Of a stretch of DNA of 64,000 bases, positions 26,001-38,100 are shown one piece after another. The notes below the pieces were generated by a model. The model did not search any database. It had not been told where the DNA came from and saw only the letters and a list, made by a program, of their open reading frames with translations. The stretch lies in NCBI GenBank assembly GCA_048128005.1, contig JBEUKZ010000115.1:124001-188000 (forward strand). Reading direction: 5' to 3'. Made by a program: the position numbers and the translations under genes. Within the stretch, counting starts at the first letter, position 1; every line of letters starts with the position of its first letter. The DNA comes from Veleropilina oligotropha. Its lineage: Eukaryota.

Positions 26001-29000
26001 GCACCCGGACAGCAGCACAGATGCCGCAGCTCTGCATACTGAAACGATGTCGAGACCCAACAATAAATCCACACAAGGTCTTCATGATACTTAACAAGCG
26101 ATATTTATTATAGATTATCCGTAATGCCAATTATATACATGACATTGTAATTTGTGAACTACACAGATCCTGATGATACATACATAAACTCATTAGCAAC
26201 AATCTGCTGATCGATGGTCAGACTACGTTCACATTCAAATGAATGCTTGAATCATTTTGTGACATTTTGATTTAATATAGTGATATTGAATCACTGAAAA
26301 AAGTATATGGATGTTTTAGCATTGAAAAGAAAACCTTTTACAGTGATTATGTATTCGTCATATTTATAATGTATTGAAAATCACACCAATAAGCAATAAA
26401 CAAGAACGACGCGTTCGGAATATGTCTTGACTTTTCTTTATTTCCGTCAAATTTTCAGAACAGTTATAACGTTACAATGGCGAAGTTTACTACAAGACTT
26501 TACCACCCCGTCGATTGTGACGTCACTCAATGACGATTAATCTAAAGCGTCATCGTAATGACGTCATTGCTATTTACTAGAAACATTTGACATACGTTAT
26601 ATACAAATATGCATAAAAGTGCCTAATAAATGCATATTTTTGCAATATTGTGTCACGAAAGTTATATACACGATCTACAATTACTCGTGGGAATGTGTGA
26701 ACCAATTTTGGAAAAAATTGGACTGGTAGTTTTCACATAATCCTGCGGATATATATATATATATGTATATATATATACATGGACCATTTGATAATGTCTT
26801 GTCCTTTTTTACAAAAAGGTCAAGACATAAAAAGACACTGGATGTAGTTTTGTCAAAGAATAATTCATACAATGACATGTCCAAATTATCTCCCGAAACC
26901 CTGCCATCACCGGACAGTTACGGGGAACTGTGACAACCCTGCCATCACCGGACAGTTACGGGGAACTGTGACAACCCTGCCATCACCGGACAGTTACGGG
27001 GAACTGTGACAACCCTGCCATCACCGGACAGTTACGGGGAACTGTGACAACCCTGCCATCACCGGACAGTTACGGGTAACTGTGACAACCCTGCCATCAC
27101 CGGACAGTTACGGGGAACTGTGACAACCCTGCCATCACCGGACAGTTACGGGGAACTGTGACAACCCTGCCATCACCGGACAGTTACGGGGAACTGTGAC
27201 AACCCTGCCATCACCGGACAGTTACGGGGAACTGTGACAACCCTGCCATCACCGGACAGTTACGGGTAACTGTGACAACCCTGCCATCACCGGACAGTTA
27301 CGGGGAACTGTGACAACCCTGCCATCACCGGACAGTTACGGGGAACTGTGACAACCCTGCCATCACCGGACAGTTACGGGGAACTGTGACAACCCTGCCA
27401 TCACCGGACAGTTACGGGTAACTGTGACTGTTGACTGAACAAAGAGGACCGAACTGTTGATTAGAACCCACGTCTGTTAGACAGAGCAGTCTAGCGAGTC
27501 AATACCGTTATCCACAAGAATACTGGTGCAGTCTACCAACTCACAGTTCGGTCATAAGCTCGGAGGACAATATAACATGATTACTTTGTTATTCACGACA
27601 TCTAACGGCGCGTCTCAGCGATACCTACGATATGCCCCTTTCCAATATTATTGCTGACTGTGAATTCCCCTTCATCTGGTGACACTCTACTTTCGTCGCA
27701 TATCAGCGTAATTATGGTTTTCTTATTTCTAATTGACCTGAAATAGAAGCAAACTTAAAGTCACAAACATAGATAAATCATCACCCTGACACAATCAAAC
27801 TAAGCTGATGAACCATCACAATTGTTAACTGTGATTACGTGAAGCATTTCATCAATCGAACTTTGATGTTGTGTGAATCATTTTTATTTATTAGAACTAC
27901 ATTCAACAACAAATTGAGTCAAGCTGTAGACCAGTGGAGGCGCTAATGCGCCAAGGCCAGTCGAGTAATAATGGATTGTCTGAGGCTTATATCTTAATTA
28001 AATTATTGTTTGCCATTTAAGCAATTATTTGAGTTGTCTTATCATATAGTTTGTTCATTTATATAATAGTTGTTAAATTTAGCATTTATAAGTTGTCGTT
28101 TGTTTATGTAAATGTAGTTGTAAATTTAATACTAAAATCAGGAGCTAAATGCTGTTTCATTATTGTAATGTCGACCTATTGGTTTAATAATAAACTGAAT
28201 GAATTTGAATTGAAATCTGATGCTTTTAGAGCGACCTTCCACAAGGGTTGTCAATAATAATGAAGATATATGTATTGTATTTGCATAATTCTTGCGTATT
28301 TCGCCTTGGAGAGACACTTGAAACCAATTGTTATATTGAAGGCAACATGTTCGGACAAGGATATTTTCGCAAACACTAGCTATGGAAATGTATGTGTTTC
28401 TAGATCTGTTGGATATTTACCACTCTAGATCTACTACACGGTTTACCACTCTAGATCTACTACACGGTTTACCACTCTAGATCTACTACATGGCTTACCA
28501 CTCTAGATGTACTACACGGTTTACCACTCTAGATCTACTACACGGTTTACCACTCTAGATCTACTACACGGCATTGGGAGAATGTGTACATGGCAGAATT
28601 GTGTATGTCGTCACTCAATGTTGTAATATTATTGTGAATTTAGGTTTATTGAACACACAACGTTAGTGTTAACTTAACTAAATCATAAGCTAAAAAGGTT
28701 ATATCGCCTTTTAATTCAGCGTCGATCACCTCTTGGATAAGTTTTATTCCCTTGCACCAGACATGCTATTCCAAGAATTTCAATAGACATTCAGAACTCT
28801 GAACTCATCGAATTACTGATGACACAGTAACGTGTGACATTATGACCATCATCGCGAAATGACTGAATCAGATACTGTATGCCACAATCATAACTGAAAC
28901 CCATTGAAAATATCTATAGCAGTCTGGCCTAAAACTTCCAAGGATACTTAGTCATTCTGTAGATACGATGTCACAAGGTTTCGTTGATACAGTAGCTATT

Positions 29001-32000
29001 AACCCATTCTGGATATAATATGTCATTACATGCCTGTTTTCATGATTTACAACTCTACCCATTCTCTACATGTTAATTATTATACAAGTACTCTCATTTT
29101 ATTCAAGCACTTCGGAAGATAAGAGAAAAAGAATGTTACGACGATAAAAAGACCATCAATTCGATTCACAACCATTGCTGACCTAGAAAACATGACACTA
29201 TAAAGACCAGTGAAGACTAGTGTAAATAAAGAAAACATGACACTATAAAGACCATTGAAGACTAGTGTAAATAAAGAAAACATGACACTATAAAGACCAT
29301 TGAAGACTAGTGTAAATAAAGAAAATGCAACAACTCTTCCACAAGCCGTCATACCACCATTTATGTTTTATACGGACCTCTTATTATCCCTCACAAAGAC
29401 ATGGGTATTAGTGTGTGTCCATGCATGCCATTCAAGGATCATGATCCAGTTAGAAAACATTATCACAAAGATGAAGAACAGCTCCCCTGCGTACAGCCTA
29501 TAGTCAGGCAATGAACCGTGAGCCGGGAGAGTAAGTCAGGCCACATATGAAAAGACAATATTACATAAGAAAATAATTGATTACTCTCCCCAACAATCAC
29601 ACTACTAGTGACATTCATCTTTTCTCAGCAAGTCAGGATTGATGTGGAGATCTCTATAATGTCCTGCCAGCTGCTATCGGCTAAGAATTGAGTAAAGAAA
29701 TGTTTCAATGATGAATAGTTTGGCTTAATTTATCGTGACAACTAGACAAATTAGCCGCTAAGATCCTATTATACCCACGACATTTTCTTCTCAGCCACAT
29801 CCGTCTCCAATAATAGGAGATGTAAAATAATACCCACGTGATCTATTAAGCGGCCTAATATTGATTACGACAACCGAATCAGGTATGCTAATAAAATCAG
29901 TGGGGTGTCAATCTTTATCATGCCTACAACTTTGGGTTCAATGTATACACTTACATTATGCAAGTTAATAACATGAAAAACTGTGCATCAATGTTCCTCT
30001 CACTAACATACTAATGGGTAAAGAAGCTGTTTTTGCCAAGACCAAAAGTTTGAAATTCAATAAAAATAAGACGCAGCTTTTGCACGGAATGTTCCAAACA
30101 CCATAAGAAAGACATATGCGAAATTAGGATATCAGGTGTCTGCTGGTTTTAAAGATATTCCCAATTGAAAGCAGAAGCAGGCACCAAAGTTGAAAAGATT
30201 TGAGATGTACTAGATGGATGGATGAATGAACGTTTAATGTCCTGTATATTTAGTACGTCCATATTATCGCGGGAGGAAAGCTTGGTCGCCTGGGAGTATT
30301 CACCCTCTCTGGCCCGAGTAACGGACAGCGATTGATAAATGAACAAAGAATGTTAAAACCCAGCCGAGATCCGAACCCACTCCTGTTAGTTAACGCAATC
30401 GAGCCAGTGATTTCAGAGTCGATCAGCACTCTATATAACACGACTACCGGGACAGCTCAATGGAATGTATTAGAACATTTATTACTTCATAACATCATAT
30501 CATGAGAAATTAAATAGATTAAATAGAATTTGTTTGGGTTTAGAATAATAGAATCAAGCACCACATTGAGTTCCAGATAGAGAAATATCAGTCGAGGGTG
30601 GGATGGTGCAACAAATCACAACCGAGGCATTAGCCGAGGTTGGGATGTTGCACCATCACACCCAAGACTGATATTTCTCTATCTGGAACTCAAATGTGGT
30701 GCTTGATTATTTTTCTCGCACCTAAAACACCCTGAAAAAGTTATTTCCGTATGTGTTTACCTTGCATATTCAAATAACCCAATCACTCACCAGTTTTTCT
30801 TCCGACGCAATAAAACAAAATTCCGTACTTATCGAATAAATATTTATTCAATTTCATTAGTATTATTAAATAACAATAATTGTAAAAGGCAACAAGACGT
30901 TAAATATTTAAACTCATAACATATATTAATAGAAAGGTCGAACTATCAATTTGACAATATATTCCTGAAGCTATTTCTATTTCTATTATTTACGTTACAC
31001 ACGTACTAGTATTCAAAAAGCCCAATCACTCAGCAATTGTTCTTCCTACGCAATCAAATATAGTTCGTATTTTATAAATATTTACTCAATTTCATTAGTA
31101 TTTTAAAATAATAATATTGTAAAAGTCAACAATTTGTTAAATATTTAAAATCATAACATAGATTAAAATAAACTCTAACTATTAGAATGATAAGAAGTGA
31201 CGTCACTTTCCAAAGCGGGCATCGGTTTATGATTTAGTCGCTGTCACTGTCAACTATTATTCTTCTTCTTTTCGGTGGAATAGGGGCATAATTGTTCAGG
31301 ACCGATTTTGAAGCGTGCTGGTGGTTTGTGCTGAAGACACCCCATTCTCATGTGTATCCCCAACGATGCAACCGATGGAAACACGTGTTTGAGAATCATG
31401 GCGGACTTCAGTAGTATTAATTTACTGTGTGCGCGGACCGTCCCTGGCAGAAATAGGAAGTGCAGATATCTCGCCGACGGAACCGGTAGAAGCACATGTA
31501 TGACACTGTGTTACAGGATCGTTGCGGGGTTCAACAACAGTGCTAATTTGCTGTGTGTTCCGACTGTCTCTGGTGGAGCTAGGAGTGCAGATATCTGATA
31601 CTTTTGTGCATTTGAAATTTGCCTGTAATTATGTAAAGAATTCAGATTTTTGTGGCCGGTGATTTCAACTTCCTGCGTGTCCGGGACTTGATATTCAAGC
31701 AATTTCTGACACAAGTGCTTTCTGACAGATGTATTTGTGAGGCGTCGATCTGAAGTGATGTTTGCATTTGCTACCATACGCTTCATGGTACATTTAACTT
31801 TGTTTACACCTAGCGGACAATGCGCAAACCAAGGATGTGTCTGCAGGCCTAAGGCCAAGGTAAGTTTTGTAGACAGTTATTGGACATCGATTTAGTGTTT
31901 CAGGTGTAGCGTACATGCATGGTTTAGTACGATATAGGGAGATGTCAGCCCCAGTGCGCGTCTTTGTTTGCCTTTCATTATACTCCAACTAGTACTCTTT

Positions 32001-32067
32001 TTATGTCTTGACCTTTTTGTAAAAAAGGACAAGACATTATCAAATGGTCCGTGTGTATATACATATA

Positions 32068-32110
<43 letters not shown>

Positions 32111-35100
32111 CCGTCGATTTATTTGAAAACTACCCGCTCAATTTTCACCAAAATTGGTACACACATTCCCAAGAGTATTTGTAGGTCGTGTATATAACTT
32201 TCGCGACACAATTTTGCAAAAATATGCATTTATTGAGCACTTTAATCCATATTCGTATGTAACTGATGTCTAACATTGCAAGCAAATAGCAATGACGTCA
32301 TTATGACGTCGCTTTAGATTAATCGTCATTTGGGTGACGTCACATTCGACGGGGTAGTAAATTAAGTCATGCAGCACTTGCACTTAGCCATTGTATTCAC
32401 TGTTATGAAAATTAGAGGGAAATAAAGAAAGGTCAAGACATATTTCGAACGCGTCGTTCTTGTTTTAATTCTTCGCCATAACCGAGGTGAACGTCACCCC
32501 AGCATAGAGCACGATGCTCCTCAGCGCCACCCCTCATTCCATTTAAAAGGATATTGTTAAACCAGTGTATTCAGGATGGTATTTGGTGAGTTTATTCCAA
32601 GTTCACCGCACTCGTACAGTTTGTCAGTGTTGGCATCGGTGATACGATCAGCTGATTTAGGCCTATTGCCCAAACCGGACTTCTTCAAATCTTTCTGTTT
32701 GCGTTTCATTGCGGCTCTTGTTTTTGCAAATTTAAATGAGATTATAAGGCTGTCCCTGTACTGTTGGCTTCGAAGTTTCCGTTCAAAACTAGATAGCATA
32801 CTTCTTAGAGTCGTTGGTTCATACTCTTGGCCATTTTTCTGTCGAACCGACACGAAAAATTTAGATAAAAGCTGGTCTAATTCTTCAGGGGGGATTTCAG
32901 TGATGTTTCGGTTTTCAATTATACTAATACAAAATTCCTGTAGCAATCGCATGTGACATAATGTTTTTCTTTTGGTGTTTACGTTCTCATTTTCTGCAAT
33001 AATGTTGTCAACGTTAATCTCCACAAAACGAGAATCAGAATGTTCAACAGATTCGTAACTTGTAAATAAATCTTGGAGAATTTCATTCGATAGTTGGAAG
33101 TTTTGCAATTTGTGGGTCGATTCGATTGATTCAGCAGAATGAGATGTAGCCATATTTATCTGATCTCCCTCAGGCATTGAATGATGCAACTCACGGAACT
33201 CTTCACTGTCCGACATAAATTTAACGAGTTTATGTCTAGCATATGTAAAAAACTCTCCAAAATAACTATGTACGATATAAATCTTATACGTTCCAAGAGG
33301 TCTTGTAATATATACGATTTTTCCTTTTTGATTATTTACTATATCCCCTATGTGAAAATCTTGTTCTGCCATTCATTCTTTGTTTACAAACATTGCAGAC
33401 GCCGTGCGTAGGAATACAAAGTGTGCTAGACAGCATTTGCGTATGAATACAAAGTGTTCGAGATAGGATTTTCTAGCACCGTTAAAAAATGGGATCAGTC
33501 TATCTCAGGTGCGAGAAAGTACATTACTGCTATAAAAACTCATTGAATTTGTCGTGTCCTCTATAACCTGCCCTGCTTCTTAAAATGCTCATCTGGGAAA
33601 TTTGAAATTGGTTTACAGATGTCTATGTTAAATTGTAAAAAGTTATTAGATAGACTTTGAGGGAGGGAGGGAGGGAGGAATGATGCTTAATGTCCTGTAT
33701 ATTTACAACATCGAGGTTCAAGGCAGGACATGTCCGTGTTCACGCGGGAGGAAACCCCGGTAGCCCGGGTAAACCCGCCCTCTTCGGCCAGTCTCGGACA
33801 ACTGTGATTCATAACTTGAACAAATGTCAATGCCTCAGCCAGGTATTGAACCCGCTACGGTTCGCATTAACGGAATCAAGCCAGTGAATTTAGAGTGGAC
33901 ACTCTTACCCACTGCGCGGCCGAAGCGGCCAGATAGACTTTGAGATATTAAGTTCATTCACAATTTTGGAAACACAGTTAATTCAGCACCTAACCATGCA
34001 AACACTACCCTATAATCATGCAATCACTTCTGACATACACATATAATGTTAACTACAGTTTTGTCTTACAGCAGTCCATTAAAGACGAGCTGAATGACGG
34101 AAGAGTTGTCATCCTTGACGATGAAATGAGCGCTCTTCTGTATTCCCGCTGTGTAATGAAATAACTTTTTGTTTTGTTCTGCATATATACAAACCTGAAA
34201 TAAATAGTACGAATGACATAACTTTGATATCAACCAGCATGCATCAAATATGAAAAATATGGCACACATAAAGCAAAGATAATTTTGCTCACAAAAGACA
34301 AAATCATCGATTCAGTTTATAATATTCCTTGTCACGGCTGCTCCGATAGTCGCGTGGTTTCAGTTGCAGACTCTGGGATCACTGGCTTCATTCCGCAGGC
34401 ATGAACAGTAGTGGGTTCGAATCTTGGTTGGGACATTGAAATTATTTGTTCAGTTAAGAATCATTATTTGTCTGTAACTGGCTGGAGAGGTTGGGTGCTT
34501 TGAACCTTACGGTTGTAAATATACAGGATATTAAGCATCGATCCAATCCAATCATCCTTACCAGTGTTAAGAGCATAGCACTCAATCCCATGGAACTCAC
34601 TCATGGACAGACTCATATGTGTGGATGTGTCTCCTTTAAGATTTATCTGTCACGACGGATTTCACTGGATAATTCTCCCATCATAATATGTCCTCCTCAT
34701 TAGTATGGCCATTGAATCAGTTGTTAAACGAGACAATAACCGCAAATCACACCCAACCATTTTCTAAGGTATCACAATGTGCTATATAAAATATCACAAT
34801 GTGTTCAATTGTCTCAATCTCATTAGCACTAGTTACTGCAAATAAGTTTCATGTTTTATTGACAATATGTTCAGACTGCAATAAGAGTCAATGTACTTGC
34901 TCTCTCTTAAATAACATAGGTCATTTTCAAATTCCAGTAGATGTTGCCACAAACCAGATCCTAAAGACAGTGCCTACATCGGCTATTAATACAGAACAAT
35001 TAATTTCTACTTCTTTGTGTACTCATAATTATATTCACTCCCATAAGACCCATTATGATGTTGACATGTGTGTTTATGTATACCTATTTACTGTAATGAT

Positions 35101-38100
35101 ATGTTATGTTTTGCTTTTAATTATTAACTCGAATTCATCAGATGGTATATTTGAAACTGAAATATCATATAGCATAGATGAGATCACCACTGATACAAAT
35201 GTCAACAAAACTGTTACTTTTGGGCACACAAAAAAGGGACTAAGATTAGCTTGCTTAAAAATCAATCACTTGTACTCAAAAAATGATGATTTGAAATTTA
35301 TGTTAAAACCGTCATCATTACACATTTTGGGACTATGTGAAACATTTTTAACTAGTGACATAGACAACAATGAAATATGCATAGATGGATATAATATTGA
35401 AAGAAAAGATAGATTAAACAAACTTGGAGGAGGTATAGTAATACATATAGCAAAAGACTGTTCCTATAAGAGAAGAATTGATTTAGAAACAGAAGAAATT
35501 GAAAGCATTTGGCTGGAATTAACATTTCTTCATTCCAAGTCTATTTTGCTCTGCATAGTATACAGACCACCGAGTGTTCAAGCCTGTTGGATTGATAAAT
35601 ATGAATATCAAGTTAGCTCTGCATTAGATGAAAATTTGGAATTAATTGTCATGGGAGACTTTAACATTGACTTACATAATAAGATTTCAAACAAAAAGTG
35701 GCTTCATTTCCTTGAAAATTATAACCTGACACAAATGATTAACGAACCAACAAGAGTAACATCTAACACAAAAACCCTTATTGACCATGTATATGTAAGC
35801 CACCCTGAAAATATTATTGAAACTGTGGTACCTCACTATGCAGTGAGCGACCATTATCCTGTGTCTATCACACATTCACTTGGCCACAGGCAAATTAAAA
35901 GAGCTCATCATATCACAATGTCATATAGATCTTTCAAAAAATTTGAAAATGTTAAATTTCAAAATGAATTACAAAATGCTCCATTTCATCAGATAAGATC
36001 ACTTGAAGATCCAAATGATGCCTTGCATGCTTTCACAACTATATTCACCGATGTATTAAACCGCCATGCTCCCAAGAAGTTAAAACGTGTGAAACATTAT
36101 AAACAACCTGACTGGTACAATGATGAAATAAGCAATGCTCGTAAGGAAAGAGATTACTGGCACAAGAAAAGAGACATGGTAAAATACAGAGTTTGGCGGA
36201 ATAAATGTAAACAATTAATAGATAATGCAAAAAAGGTATACTTTGAAGATGCTGTTTTAAAAAATAAAGATACAGCAAATTTATGGAGGTATTTCAATGA
36301 TATGCATCCAAAACAGGCCTCAAGCATACCCACAGAAATAAAAGTGAAAGATGAAGTAAAAACTGAGCTTAAAGATATAATCACTGTAATCAAAAATACT
36401 TTGCAACATGTGCAGAAGAATTTAAAGTAAATGAAAGTAAGCAAGTAAATTTTGAGTTATTATCAGATTTTATAAAAACTAAACTAGGAACACAAGACAA
36501 TGTTCAATTTGACATAGCATACATAACTGAATATGATGTTTATCAAATGCTTCAAAATCTGGATACCAATAAATCATCTGGATTAGATGAAATTGGTCCC
36601 AAGATCTTAAAGATGTCAGCAGAACAAATAGCACCACATTTAACATATATAATAAATGAAAGCATAAGGCTTGGTGTATTTCCAAATCAACTTAAGCATG
36701 CAAGAATCACACCTCTTCATAAAGGAGGGTCTAAAGATCTTCCAGAAAATTACAGGCCCATATCTATACTTCCAACTTTATCAAAAATATTTGAAAAACA
36801 TGTTTCAAAACAACTCTACAAGTTCCTATCTGATTTTCAGCTGATTCATAAGAGCCAATCTGGATTTCGAGCTAAACATTCTTGCCAAACAGCTTTAACA
36901 CATTTAACAGATAAATGGCTCCAATCTCTAGACAATGGAGAACTAATTGGCACTCTATTTCTTGATTTTAAAAAGGCTTTTGATTTAGTTGATCATGCAA
37001 TTTTACTGGATAAACTAAAAATCTATAAATGTTCACGAGCATCAGTAGATTGGATTGAATCTTATTTAGAGGAAAGGACATAGAGAGTTTGCATTGGCAA
37101 TACTAAATCTGAAGCAGAAATTGTGAAATATGGTGTACCGCAAGGGTCCATATTAGGTTCACTATTATTTATTATATTTATAAATGATCTGCCATTATAT
37201 ACAAATAACACTGAAACTGATATGTATGCCGATGATACAACACTACATGCTCATGGCAAAACACTTGATATTATCCAGACTTATCTACAGTGTGATTTAA
37301 ATAGCATTGATTTATGGTGCAGGGAAAATCAGATGAAGCTTAACATAAATAAAACATCTTGTATGGTAATTGGGTCAAAGCAGAAGTTAGCATTATTGAA
37401 TGATTTAAAACTGGACCTTAATGATGAATGTATAAAATTAGTTGAACACAGTAAACTATTAGGTATACATATCGATAAAAATTTAAACTGGGATCTTCAA
37501 ATAGATCATATATGTGCAGCTGTGTCATCCCGTTTGTCTTTACTAAACAGAATTAAAAAGCATCTTCCAATGAAAGCCAGAAAATTGTATTTCACTTCCT
37601 ATGTTCTCCCACTAATTGATTACTGTTCAACAGTATGGGGATCATGTTCTCTTTACAATATTGAAAGGGTGAATAAATTACAAAAACGTGCCGCCAGAAT
37701 AATATTAGATGCTGAAAAAATGACTCCATCTCTGCAAATGTTTAAAAAACTAAATTGGCTGCCTGTAAAACAGAGGATCGATTACCACCAGTATATTCTT
37801 GTTTACAAAAGTTTAAATGGTCATGCTCCAAAATATCTGCAAGAAAGCATAATCCCACTTGCACACACCCAAAATCGCAATCTGAGGTCTGTTACAAATA
37901 TGGAGCTAACAGTGCCTTTTCCTATGACAAACTATATGAAAAGATCATTTTCTTATAAAGGGCCTATGTTATGGAATAAATTGCCCACTACTGTAAGAAA
38001 TAAATCAACATTATTTCAATTTAAAAATGCATGTTTTGGCTATATTTTTCAGAATACATTTATCACAGATTTATGAATGACATTATAATACTGACTGTCA

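Larger units (their letters stand above)
30545..33518 (-). mobile_element. Crypton-like tyrosine-recombinase DNA transposon (DUF3504 type)
   Basis: YR pseudogene on the minus strand; long terminal hairpin at 30552-30708; inverted repeat TTTCTCGCACCT (30712-30723) / AGGTGCGAGAAA (33507-33518). Confidence 0.8.

Noticed and set aside
26897..27428. CRISPR-like palindromic 38-bp repeats
   Set aside because: Head-to-tail copies with no spacers.
31511..33372. Host ZMYM/KCTD1/QRICH1 gene
   Set aside because: No MYM fingers or BTB domain, intronless, multiply disrupted and bounded by transposon-like ends.
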